A stretch of 44,786 nt of DNA. It comes from Candidatus Aminicenantales bacterium (GTDB lineage: Bacteria > Acidobacteriota > Aminicenantia > Aminicenantales > Saccharicenantaceae). Both the position numbers and the translations under genes were made by a program. The notes beneath the pieces are model-generated. The model searched no databases. It was not told where the DNA came from and saw only the letters and a list, made by a program, of their open reading frames with translations. The stretch spans positions 1 through 44,786 of the forward strand of contig JBEKXF010000025.1 of the NCBI GenBank assembly GCA_049512315.1, in the 5' to 3' direction. Below, in pieces: positions 1 through 8,358 of the stretch; position 1 is the first letter of the stretch, and every line of letters starts with the position of its first letter.

Positions 1-152
1 CGATCCCGCTCCTGGACCAGGCGGCGATCGACGCTGTCCGCCAGTGGGTGTACGAGCCGATGATCATCAACGGCCGGCCCCGGCCCGTCATCTTCACCGT
101 CACCGTCAGATTCCAGCTGAAACAAGCCCCGGGCGGACTCCCGGAGGGCTAG
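1..152 (+). CDS. C-terminal end of a TonB family protein (partial, starts outside the window)
   Basis: Manual translation from nt 3 gives IPLLDQAAIDAVRQWVYEPMIINGRPRPVIFTVTVRFQLKQAPGGLPEG, stop TAG 150-152. This is a TonB C-terminal domain closely matching the repeats in 12180-14318. Confidence 0.9.
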   Translation, partial: IPLLDQAAIDAVRQWVYEPMIINGRPRPVIFTVTVRFQLKQAPGGLPEG

Positions 153-363
153 CCCCCAGGAGAGGGGGGGATGTCCCTCTTTATTCTCCCCGATGATAAT
201 CCCCGTTTTTTACCCCCGCGGGGGGTGAGGGAATTCCCCCGCGAAATCACCTTTGCAGAGGATTGCCCCTTCTCCTCCCCACGCCCATAGTGTCCTTGCT
301 GAACATAAAGAAGGGACCGAGGGGAACCACGGAAAGCCCGAGCGCATCCGGAGACAAGAGAGC

Positions 364-1221
364 ATGAAAAACGGGAGACGGCGTCGGACGGTGCTTCTGG
401 CCATCGCCCTGCTCGTCCCCGCCTTCCTCGCTCTGCCGGCCTCGGCCAACGGCAAGAAGCTCCAGGTCGTCCAGGACCAGACCGTGGTCCGGCTGGATCC
501 CTCCGAGCGGAGCCCGGCCGTCGCAACGCTCGGCCGGGGCGCCATCCTCTCCCTGGCCAGCGCCGTCAAGATGAAGGTCAGCTGGTTCTATGTCTATTTC
601 ACCTCCCTCCAGTCGGGCAACACCCGGGCGGGCTACGTCCACGAGTCCTGCGTCCGGAAGCTCTTCCCGGCGCTCAAGGTGATCCAGATCACGTCGGGGG
701 ACGAGATCGTCAACCCGACGGAGATCGACCTGGAATCCTCGTACAGACCGAACGTGGAGTGGGGAACGACGAGGGAGGAGATCATCCGGGCCGAGGGCCG
801 GCCCCAGGTCCAGGACGCTTCCGAGGGCGTCGAGGTCCTCGTCTACCGGCGGGAGATCATGAAGAAAAAATGTCAGGTCGAATATGTCTTCGACGAGGGC
901 AGCCTCGTTTCGACCCGCTTCCGTCTCATGGAGAACTATGCGGACAAGAACCGCTACATCGAGGATTACAACAAACTCCGCCAGCACCTGACGGCCACGG
1001 TGGGCACGCCGCGCGCCGACCGGACGGTCTGGCAGGACCACTTTTACGAGAACCAGAACGACTGCTGGGGGATCGCCCTCAGCCAGGGCCAGGTGGAATT
1101 CTCTTCAGAGTGGGTCTTCCGCGACACCGAGGTCCGGCTCACCCTGGCCGGAGCCAACAATCACGTCCTTTTCGGCGCTGAGCTCAACGACGTCAAGGCC
1201 AAGAAACCAACCTCTTTTTAA
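364..1221 (+). CDS. Exported hypothetical protein, N-terminal SH3b-like domain plus uncharacterised C-terminal domain
   Basis: ATG at 364 gives a signal peptide (MKNGRRRRTVLLAIALLVPAFLALPASA). The pattern VRLDPS..SP.VATL..G...WFYV....GYVHES is SH3-like. Confidence 0.7.
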   Translation: MKNGRRRRTVLLAIALLVPAFLALPASANGKKLQVVQDQTVVRLDPSERSPAVATLGRGAILSLASAVKMKVSWFYVYFTSLQSGNTRAGYVHESCVRKLFPALKVIQITSGDEIVNPTEIDLESSYRPNVEWGTTREEIIRAEGRPQVQDASEGVEVLVYRREIMKKKCQVEYVFDEGSLVSTRFRLMENYADKNRYIEDYNKLRQHLTATVGTPRADRTVWQDHFYENQNDCWGIALSQGQVEFSSEWVFRDTEVRLTLAGANNHVLFGAELNDVKAKKPTSF

Positions 1222-1235
1222 TCCCTCCATTCTTC

Positions 1236-1268
1236 GCCCCCTTTTCCGCACCCCCCGGGAAAGGGGGC
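1236..1268. terminator. Hairpin between convergent genes, probable terminator
   Basis: gcccccttttcc (1236-1247) pairs with gggaaagggggc (1257-1268), between the stops at 1221 and 1278. Confidence 0.5.
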
Positions 1269-1277
1269 CCTTATCCC

Positions 1278-2231
1278 TCAGCCGACGTCCTTCTGGGTGA
1301 AGCTGAGGCTGATCCGGTTCTTCCCCAGCCACTTGCTGTGCAGCATGAGCTGCTCGGTCCGCTTGACGAGGGCCTCGACCGAGTCGTACCGCTGGACGAT
1401 GCTGGCCCCGAGGGACACGGTCGCGTTCAGCATGCCCGTCTCGGTCGTGATGTAGGACTCGGCGACGAGCAGGCGGAGCTTGTTGGCCACGATGTCGAGC
1501 CGGCTCTCGTCGATGTTGAGGAGGACGACGAAGAACTCCTCGTTGTTCCAGCGGCCCACGATGTCGAAGTAGCGGACGTTCTTGAGGAGCGTCCGGGCGA
1601 CCGTCCTCAGGATCTTGCTGGCGTTGAAGCGGCCGTATTTCTCGAGCGTTTTGTTGAAGTTGTCGATATCGACGTAGATCAGGGCGAAGGGCAGGCCGTA
1701 TTTCTGGAATTCCTCCAGGCGAGTCTTGAGGGTCATGTCGAGGAACTGCTTGTTCGAGATCCCCGTTTCGGTGTCGAGGAGGCCCATCTTTTCGAGCTCC
1801 GCGACGGCGAGGGGGACCCTGACCTTGGGGGCCGTGTCCGCGAAGGTTTCGACGGCCCCGATGATCGCCCCATCCTCCTTGAAGACCGGGATGATCCGGA
1901 GCGTGGCCGGGACGCGGAACCCGTCCTTGTGGCGGAGGTAGACGTCGAGGCTGCGGATGGTGCCGTCCTTGAGCGTGAGCTCGACCGGGCACTTGTCCCG
2001 GCAGATGTTCACGCCCTCCCTGTCGACGAACAGGGAGAGGTCCTCGAAACACGGCTTGTCCAGGATCTCGGAGCTTTCGAACCCCGTCATCTGCTCGGCG
2101 GCCTTGTTCCAAAAGAGGACCTTGCGGCTGTTGCTCAGGCAGGTGATGCCGTCCTGGACCTGGTTGAGGACCATGCTGCAGAATCCCTTGGTGGCGCCCT
2201 TGAAGAGGTCGGAGACGTTGTTTTCGGCCAT
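1278..2231 (-). CDS. PAS + GGDEF domain protein with degenerate active site (NNEEF)
   Basis: PAS segment WNKAAEQMTGF...YLRHKDG. GGDEF fold DTETGISN, DIDNF, DIVGRWNNEEF. Start placed at MAENN (2231). Confidence 0.85.
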   Translation of the reverse strand: MAENNVSDLFKGATKGFCSMVLNQVQDGITCLSNSRKVLFWNKAAEQMTGFESSEILDKPCFEDLSLFVDREGVNICRDKCPVELTLKDGTIRSLDVYLRHKDGFRVPATLRIIPVFKEDGAIIGAVETFADTAPKVRVPLAVAELEKMGLLDTETGISNKQFLDMTLKTRLEEFQKYGLPFALIYVDIDNFNKTLEKYGRFNASKILRTVARTLLKNVRYFDIVGRWNNEEFFVVLLNIDESRLDIVANKLRLLVAESYITTETGMLNATVSLGASIVQRYDSVEALVKRTEQLMLHSKWLGKNRISLSFTQKDVG

Positions 2232-2280
2232 GATGCAACCTTCAGCGGTGATGTGGCGGGCCTCCGCCCGCCGTCCAATA

Positions 2281-2361
2281 TTCTTAGCAGAGAACGAAGG
2301 AGATGTCAAAAAGAACGGATTCCGAGGCGGTTGACAGGTCCCCCTAACTTCATGTTATCCT
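2281..2361. promoter_or_regulatory. Divergent sigma70-like promoters for the GGDEF gene (-) and the XRE-ImmA gene (+)
   Basis: Minus strand: TTGACA (2309-2304)-N17-TAAGAA. Plus strand: TTGACA (2331-2336)-N19-TATCCT, with a TGn extended -10. Confidence 0.5.
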
Positions 2362-2386
2362 AGCGCCGCCCAGGGGGTGCGAAGCC

Positions 2387-3484
2387 ATGGACAAGATCCT
2401 CGGGACCCGGCTGAAGCGAGCCCGCGAAGAGGTCAACCTGAGCCAGGGGGCGTTTGCCAAGGCCGTCGGGCTTTCTTCGGAATACATCTCGCTCCTCGAA
2501 TCTGGAAAAAGGACGCCGAGCTTCGAGACCCTCCTGAAGGTCGCCGGCTTCCTGAACAAGGACATCGCCTTTTTCTTTGGGGAGAAAAAGCCCGTCTTCG
2601 AGTCTCTCCTGGCGGACGGCGCCGTCGACGAACGGGCCCGCAAGGAGATTTCGAGGTTCCGGGCCTACTGCGACAAGTACCTCGAGCTCGAGGATGCCAC
2701 CGGACGCCGCCTCGACCTGGCCCCCCGATACTCCCGCATCTCGCCCGAGCGGCTGGCCGAAGAGGAGCGCCGGCGCCTTGGCCTCGGCAACGAGCCGGTC
2801 CGCGACATCTTCAACCTCTGCGAGGCGAACGGCCTCCGGATCGTCCGCCATCCTTTTCCCGAGGAGTCACGGATCTCGGGCGTCTTCGTCTTCGACGCGG
2901 AGCGCCGGGCGGCCTTCGCGGCCATCAACGCCGCCGAGCCGCCGGGGCTCCAGGCCCTGATCGCCGCCCACGAATACGGCCACTACCTCAAGGACCGCTC
3001 CGAGAGCCCCATCGTCGACAACGCCGATGTCGTCGTCGACGAATACGTATCCCTGTACGCGCCCCGCGAACAGTTCGCCCAGTCCTTTGCCTCCGCGTTC
3101 CTGATCTCCCCGTCCAAGCTCCGGGAGCTCATCGACAAGGACTTCCGGGCGAGGAGCCTGCTCTACGAGGACGTCCTTTTCCTCAAGCGCTATTTCGGCG
3201 TGAGCACCCGGGCCATGCTCCGGTCGCTCCGAGGCCAGGGCCATTTTCCAGACACGAGGTTCGAGGAATTCTTCAAGCGGAACCCCGAAGACCGGGAAGC
3301 CGAGGTCTTCGGCAGCGTGTCGGGGCAGGAGGAGCGTCGGGGCCGGACCCTCTTCCGGAAGCCCCGGGCCCGGGCCGTGCCGTCGGACCGGTATCGGTTG
3401 CTCGCCGCCGAGGTCGCGGCGGCGTCCCGGACAGCAGGGGAGAAGCCGGTCCCACCCTCGAAAACAGGAGGCCCTCATGAATAA
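2387..3484 (+). CDS. XRE-family HTH regulator fused to ImmA/IrrE (peptidase M78-like) metallopeptidase
   Basis: N-terminal Cro/C1 HTH (LKRAREEVNLSQGAFAKAVGLSSEYISLLESGKRTP), HExxH motif AAHEYGH, downstream EQFAQSFASAFL and YFGVS motifs. Confidence 0.9.
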   Translation: MDKILGTRLKRAREEVNLSQGAFAKAVGLSSEYISLLESGKRTPSFETLLKVAGFLNKDIAFFFGEKKPVFESLLADGAVDERARKEISRFRAYCDKYLELEDATGRRLDLAPRYSRISPERLAEEERRRLGLGNEPVRDIFNLCEANGLRIVRHPFPEESRISGVFVFDAERRAAFAAINAAEPPGLQALIAAHEYGHYLKDRSESPIVDNADVVVDEYVSLYAPREQFAQSFASAFLISPSKLRELIDKDFRARSLLYEDVLFLKRYFGVSTRAMLRSLRGQGHFPDTRFEEFFKRNPEDREAEVFGSVSGQEERRGRTLFRKPRARAVPSDRYRLLAAEVAAASRTAGEKPVPPSKTGGPHE

Positions 3485-3920
3485 GGCGCTCAAGATCGTC
3501 GTGATCTTCCTCGTGATCGACGCCGCGGCCGTCGCCGTTTATTTCGGCATCAGGGCCCTCTCCGGCGGGCGCGGGTCGAGCCCTCAGGAGGCATACGCGT
3601 GGATGACCGTGGACGAGAGCTACCAACCCCGGAACTCCGTCGAGGAATTCGTCAAGGCCGACGCCGTCCAGAAAGGGCTCCTCCCGGTTTATCTCAAGAA
3701 TTACGGCCGGAACGCGGACGTGCTCAAGAAGTTCCGCGGGACCAAATTCGCCGGGGCCAACGAGGCGGTCCTGGAAATGGCTTACCGGGGACTCCAGGAC
3801 TGGATGCTCATCGACCTCAAGTACAAGGACGAGAAGGAGCGGGATATCCAGAGGACCATGCTGTACGTCCAGATCAGCGGCCAGTGGACGGTGGCCGACA
3901 GCGGCCGGCTGGTGAAGTGA
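3477..3920 (+). CDS. Membrane-anchored hypothetical protein, translationally coupled to the XRE-ImmA gene
   Basis: AGGAGG RBS, 8-nt overlap with the upstream gene, N-terminal hydrophobic helix, codon style typical of the window. Confidence 0.75.
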   Translation: MNKALKIVVIFLVIDAAAVAVYFGIRALSGGRGSSPQEAYAWMTVDESYQPRNSVEEFVKADAVQKGLLPVYLKNYGRNADVLKKFRGTKFAGANEAVLEMAYRGLQDWMLIDLKYKDEKERDIQRTMLYVQISGQWTVADSGRLVK

Positions 3921-3949
3921 CACTCCGCCGGCCCGTGGCCGGCCCCGGG

Positions 3950-4918
3950 TCATGAAGCCTGGCTGTTCTTGGCCGGCCGTCGCCTGATCCGGAAGGTGAT
4001 CTTTCCGCCCTTGGAGATCGTGACTTTCCCGCCGATGGGGACGGCCATGAGGTTGCGTTGGATGTTGTGGCCGAAGTTGGAGACGGCCAGGATCGGCAAG
4101 GGGAACCCTCTCTTCCGCCGTTCCCGGATCACGTCGTCGAGATAGGTCCGGACGAACCTCAGGGCCTCCCTTTGCTGTTTCCGGGCGTGGGAGTTCTTGT
4201 TCGACGGGTCCAGAGAGCCGACAACAAGGCCCTTGATCCCCTTAAAAACGTTGTGACGCCGCAGCGCGGCCAGCAGCCGGTGGAGGTCCTCGACGTCCAC
4301 CTGGATGTCCTCGACGAAGAGGACGTGCCGGCGCCAGCTGAAGCGAGGCGGTTTCTTGCGGTTGAGGAAGTTGACGAAGGTCGAGAGGTTGCCGCCGATC
4401 GGGATGCCGGAGAGTTTCCGGGGCGGCGGCGCGGTCAGCCAGGTCCGGCCCCGGTACTGGATCTCCTCTCCCGATATGAGGGCGAAGATCTTCTTGAAAT
4501 TGCCCTTGCCCAGTTTGAGCGAGGGAAAATATATGGCGGGGAGTCGGGACACGTAATAGATCTCGTTGAGAAGGAAGGTGAAGTCCGAAAAGCCGATGAA
4601 GAGGGGGCGGCGTTCGCGGATGATGCGGTAGTCCTTCTTGTCGATCCGGCGCAGGATATCTTCGGCCCCGGTGCCGCCCGCGACTGAGATGATCAGGTCG
4701 AGCTCCCGGATGGCTTTCTTGAAGACCTCGGCCCGCTCGTCGGCGGGCGCGGTGACGTGATCGATCTCTTCATCGCTCAAGAACAAGTGGGGGCTGAAGT
4801 AGATGTCCTTGACGCCGAAAGCCCTTTTCAGCAGGCCGGCCGTTTTCTTGAGCCGGGCCTTCGCCTGCCGCGGCAGACAGGTGGAGGGAGCGATGAAGCC
4901 GATCTTTTCGAAGCTCAT
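3950..4918 (-). CDS. LD-carboxypeptidase (peptidase S66 family)
   Basis: IAPS start motif and Ser-Glu-His triad motifs GFSDFT, LFVED and NFGH, plus GGNL. Start at MSFEK (4918). Confidence 0.85.
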   Translation of the reverse strand: MSFEKIGFIAPSTCLPRQAKARLKKTAGLLKRAFGVKDIYFSPHLFLSDEEIDHVTAPADERAEVFKKAIRELDLIISVAGGTGAEDILRRIDKKDYRIIRERRPLFIGFSDFTFLLNEIYYVSRLPAIYFPSLKLGKGNFKKIFALISGEEIQYRGRTWLTAPPPRKLSGIPIGGNLSTFVNFLNRKKPPRFSWRRHVLFVEDIQVDVEDLHRLLAALRRHNVFKGIKGLVVGSLDPSNKNSHARKQQREALRFVRTYLDDVIRERRKRGFPLPILAVSNFGHNIQRNLMAVPIGGKVTISKGGKITFRIRRRPAKNSQAS

Positions 4919-5212
4919 GTCTTGGCCCGGACCAGAATGCACAATAGACTACCAAAAAAGGGGTCGATTTTCAAGGACGAACGCCGGCCCGGAAAGTCTC
5001 ATGGGTCCCGTCAAACGGTTGTATGTTATTGATATAAAAAAAATAATAAGATTTGAGCTCTGCCGGCGGCCACAGAAATCCCCGGAGGGCCATTTCAAGT
5101 AACTCATTCGGTATCATTAAGATACATATTTATGGATTCCGATAATAAAAACGATCCTGCGGGTTTTTCGGGATGCTTGAGGGCCGTCGGGGTCTTGGCT
5201 CAGCGATAATCC

Positions 5213-6655
5213 TCAGAAGGACTTGAGCTTCTGCCCGGGCACGGACAACTGGATGGCCTTGAGAGCCTTGAGCTCGATCTGGCGGATCCGCTCCCGGGTC
5301 AGATTGAAGTGCTGGCCGACTTCTTCGAGGGTGTATTCGCGCCCGTCGCCGAGGCCGTACCTCATCCGGAGGACCATGGTCTCCCTTTCGGGCAGCGTCC
5401 GGAGCGCGGCCTCGATCTGCTCGCGGAGGTTGATATGGATCACCGTGTCGGGAGGGGAGGGGAAGGACTTATCCTCGAGCAGGTCGCCGAGGGCGCCTTC
5501 GCCGTTCTCGCCGAGCGGCGTTTCGATCGAAACGGGGTCCTGAGAGCTGTACATCATCTCGAGGACCTTGTTCACGGGGAGGTTCATCTTCTGGGCCAGG
5601 TCCTCAGGGGAGGGCGCCTTGCCCCGCTCCTGGACGACGGTCTGGGAGATCTTCTTGAGCCTGTGGATGGTTTCCGTTAAATGGACGGGGATGCGGATGG
5701 TCCGGCCCTGGTCGGCGATAGCCCGGGTGATGGACTGCCGGATCCACCACGTCGCGTAGGTCGAGAACTTGTGGCCCCGCCGGTAATCGAACTTCTCGGC
5801 CGCCCGCATCAGTCCGATATTGCCTTCCTGGATGAGGTCCAGGAGCTGGAGGCCGCGGCCCTGGTATTTCTTGGCGATGGAGACGACGAGCCGGAGGTTG
5901 GCCGAGACGAGCTCGTTTTTGGCCCGGTCCTTGGCCCTCTTTCCCGCGGCGACGGCCTGGAGAGTGGCCCGGACCTCTCTCCGGGCCAGCTTCGGGCACT
6001 TGCCCAAGCGCTCCTTCAGGCGCGCCTGGACCCGGTCGATGATCCGGTCCTTTTGCTCCGGCTTGATGTCCAGGCCGCGGGCGAGCTGGATCATCCGGAC
6101 GAGCAGGCGTCCCCTGGCGGTCCTGTTCCGGACCAGAGGCCGGACCTTGGCCAGCCGGGCGTTCAAGGCCTTGATCCGGCGGATCCTGTCCAGGATATCG
6201 TCCTTCCTGGCCTCGAGGTTCTCCTCCGAAAAATCCTCTTCAGCTATTGTAAAGAATCTTAACAAACACTCCGGGTTCTTCTTGATCATTGTTTCGATAG
6301 CCAGGATCTCATCGAGGGTCAAGGGGGTTTTGGCCAGGGCCTTGAAGATCGCCCTGTCGCCTTTTTCCATCCTCCGGGCCAGTGAGATCTCCTGGTCCCT
6401 GGACAAGAGCAGGATGCTCCCCATCTCCCGGAGATAGATCTTCACCAGGTCGGCGGTCTGCTCCATGTCCTCGGGGGAGGCCAGGCCCTTCCCGTTGGAC
6501 GGGGCGTCGTTCTTCGGCGCGTCGAACCGGGCGGGCGGGGAGGCCGACTCGGCGGACGGAAAGGCTTCTTCTTCCTCGGGGAATAAGGTATCCGAGCTGA
6601 CCCTGGGGATCAGGCTCAAGATTTCCTCTTTTTTGAACTTATATTGCGTGGCCAT
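5213..6655 (-). CDS. RNA polymerase sigma-70 factor, RpoD/RpoS-like paralogue
   Basis: Region 1.2 [11 protein letters not shown]; region 2 [36 protein letters not shown]; region 4 [20 protein letters not shown]. Short N-terminus and no dnaG neighbour. Confidence 0.92.
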   Translation of the reverse strand: MATQYKFKKEEILSLIPRVSSDTLFPEEEEAFPSAESASPPARFDAPKNDAPSNGKGLASPEDMEQTADLVKIYLREMGSILLLSRDQEISLARRMEKGDRAIFKALAKTPLTLDEILAIETMIKKNPECLLRFFTIAEEDFSEENLEARKDDILDRIRRIKALNARLAKVRPLVRNRTARGRLLVRMIQLARGLDIKPEQKDRIIDRVQARLKERLGKCPKLARREVRATLQAVAAGKRAKDRAKNELVSANLRLVVSIAKKYQGRGLQLLDLIQEGNIGLMRAAEKFDYRRGHKFSTYATWWIRQSITRAIADQGRTIRIPVHLTETIHRLKKISQTVVQERGKAPSPEDLAQKMNLPVNKVLEMMYSSQDPVSIETPLGENGEGALGDLLEDKSFPSPPDTVIHINLREQIEAALRTLPERETMVLRMRYGLGDGREYTLEEVGQHFNLTRERIRQIELKALKAIQLSVPGQKLKSF

Positions 6656-6687
6656 TTCAGCTCCCTTTCTTTACTATTTATATAGGA

Positions 6688-6716
6688 ATACTATATAAGT
6701 AAGATTTTCGTTGCAA
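6688..6716 (-). promoter_or_regulatory. Proximal sigma70-like promoter of the sigma factor gene
   Basis: TTGCAA-N17-TAGTAT on the minus strand in AT-rich DNA, about 30 nt before the ATG, which has a GGGAG RBS. Confidence 0.5.
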
Positions 6717-6824
6717 AAGTAAAGCTTTTTTTTCAATTTTTTTGTCCTCAACCTTTTTCTTAAACGAGGTTGAGGCGTAAACCGTTACACCCCACAGGGC
6801 GAATCTTTCGGATATGAAACGCCG

Positions 6825-6853
6825 AAACTACACCTTTTTCCCCTCCTTGTCAA
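6825..6853 (-). promoter_or_regulatory. Distal sigma70-like promoter
   Basis: TTGACA (6853-6848)-N17-TAGTTT (6830-6825). Confidence 0.5.
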
Positions 6854-6920
6854 GAGGCTTTTTGTCATTTTTCCTTCCTCTCCGGGTCCCGTCGGTCCAT
6901 CGGCATTGCCCTTTATTTAA

Positions 6921-6936
6921 CCAAGATTCGTGCCAA
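6921..6936 (-). promoter_or_regulatory. Sigma54 (-24/-12)-like promoter
   Basis: Minus strand reads TTGGCACGAATCTTGG, versus consensus TGGCACGRNNNTTGC; one mismatch at the -12 C. Confidence 0.45.
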
Positions 6937-7106
6937 TCTTCCTCCCCTGGGTTCTTTTTTCGCGGCAAGGGAGGAGAGACCGGAGTGTCTTAAAAAGGGG
7001 ACAGCGTCTTCCTGGAGCCGGCCGGCTGCGGAATACCGTCCGGCGGGACTTTTCCTTCAGGCGAGGTCAGGGGTGATCGGGAGGGGAAGGCCAGGCCGTT
7101 CGGGGA

Positions 7107-8069
7107 TCAATGGCAGACCATACCGTGCTTTTCGAAGTACTTTTGGTGATCGTCCTCGGCCGGGTAAAAGGCCCCTGCCGGAACAAGCTCCGTCGCCAGG
7201 GACTCCTTGAAACGTCCCGACGCCCCGAGTTCCGCCATGACCTTTGCGGCGGTCTTTTTTTGTTTTTCGCCGTCGAAGAAGATCGCCGAGCGGTACTGGG
7301 TGCCGCGGTCCGGACCCTGACGATTGACCTGAGTGGGGTCGTGGAGGCTGAAGAATTGCCGGACGAGATCTTCGTAGCTGATCTTGACGGGGTCGAACGT
7401 CAGCCGGACGGCCTCCGCGTGTCCCGTTTGATCGGTGCAAACGTCCTCGTACGTGGGATTGGCCGCTTTCCCGCCCGTGTAGCCGACGACCGTCGAAAGG
7501 ACGCCCGGGATCTGCCCGAGCTTGTATTCGACACCCCAAAAACAGCCGGCGGCGAAGGTCGCGGTCTCGGCCTTTGGCCCTTCCTTTCCCGCCTCTGCTG
7601 ACTGCTCCTCGTCTGCCGTGCCCGACGGGCCCGCCGTCGCTTTCTCCCCGCGGCCTTTCGCCACCGGCTCGTCGGGGACGAAATCCAGGGACGCCGAGTT
7701 GATGCAGTAGTGGAGGAAGGTCGGTTCCGGGCCGTCGTCGAAGACATGGCCCAAGTGGGCGCCGCAGGGGGCGCAGCGGACCTCGACCCGCTTCATGATC
7801 AGGGAAAAGTCGTCCTTGTATACGAGGTTCTTATCGTCGACCGGGATCGTGAAGCTCGGCCAGCCCGTCCCGTGGTCGTACTTCGCCTCCGACCGGAAAA
7901 GGGGGGTGCCGCAGCCCGCGCAGATATACAATCCGGCTTCCCAGAAATCGTCGTACTCGCCCTGGAACGGCTGTTCGGTCCGGCCCTGCCGCATGACCTG
8001 ATAGCGTTCAGGGGTCAGGATCTTTTTCCACTCACTGTCCGTTTTCTTGATCTTCCTGGGCATATTCAT
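7107..8069 (-). CDS. msrAB: Bifunctional peptide-methionine sulfoxide reductase, MsrB-MsrA fusion
   Basis: MsrB: CAGC and CAPC Zn motifs, GWPSF, HLGHVF, YCINS. MsrA: AAGCFWG, GHAEAV, QGPDRGTQYRS, FYPAEDDHQKY. Confidence 0.95.
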   Translation of the reverse strand: MNMPRKIKKTDSEWKKILTPERYQVMRQGRTEQPFQGEYDDFWEAGLYICAGCGTPLFRSEAKYDHGTGWPSFTIPVDDKNLVYKDDFSLIMKRVEVRCAPCGAHLGHVFDDGPEPTFLHYCINSASLDFVPDEPVAKGRGEKATAGPSGTADEEQSAEAGKEGPKAETATFAAGCFWGVEYKLGQIPGVLSTVVGYTGGKAANPTYEDVCTDQTGHAEAVRLTFDPVKISYEDLVRQFFSLHDPTQVNRQGPDRGTQYRSAIFFDGEKQKKTAAKVMAELGASGRFKESLATELVPAGAFYPAEDDHQKYFEKHGMVCH

Positions 8070-8251
8070 TCCTCACGACATGGGCGTCGCTCGAAAGACC
8101 GACCTTTATATTAGTCGCCAAAGCCCCACAATGGCTGTCACCGACGGGTATCCCGTTTTTCGACTCTGGATCTCTTGTACCATAGAGAAAATGGGACGTC
8201 AAACGCGCCCGGCCGGCTGGGCGAAAAAGTGAAATATTCCAAATTTTTCCG

Positions 8252-8281
8252 TTGACTTTCAGTAAACCCGTTCACTATAAT
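8252..8281 (+). promoter_or_regulatory. Near-consensus sigma70 promoter with no downstream sense CDS
   Basis: TTGACT (8252-8257)-N18-TATAAT (8276-8281), with an AT-rich tract upstream. Confidence 0.65.
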
Positions 8282-8287
8282 GGAATC

Positions 8288-8358
8288 GCTGGCTGGAGAG
8301 GGATCCTCCTTAGCCCCGCTTCCTTTTCCTTTGAAACCTTGGCGCCTCACCAGCCAGC
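8288..8358 (+). ncRNA. Candidate small RNA (14-bp terminal stem enclosing a CU-rich loop)
   Basis: gctggctggagagg (8288-8301) pairs with cctcaccagccagc (8345-8358) with one mismatch. The stem starts 7 nt after TATAAT. Confidence 0.5.

Noticed and set aside
153..300. G/C-run palindromes after the first TonB gene
   Set aside because: Short homopolymer-driven pairings with no recognisable RNA motif; at most a terminator-like structure.
6790..6830. cacagggcgaatc resembling the start of a c-di-GMP-I riboswitch
   Set aside because: Lacks the downstream GAAA-loop/GACGCAAAGC core and points away from any sense gene.
7060..7109. Possible selenocysteine readthrough at the TGA after msrAB ...VCH
   Set aside because: The protein is already complete with catalytic Cys residues, and I see no convincing SECIS-like hairpin or conserved extension.
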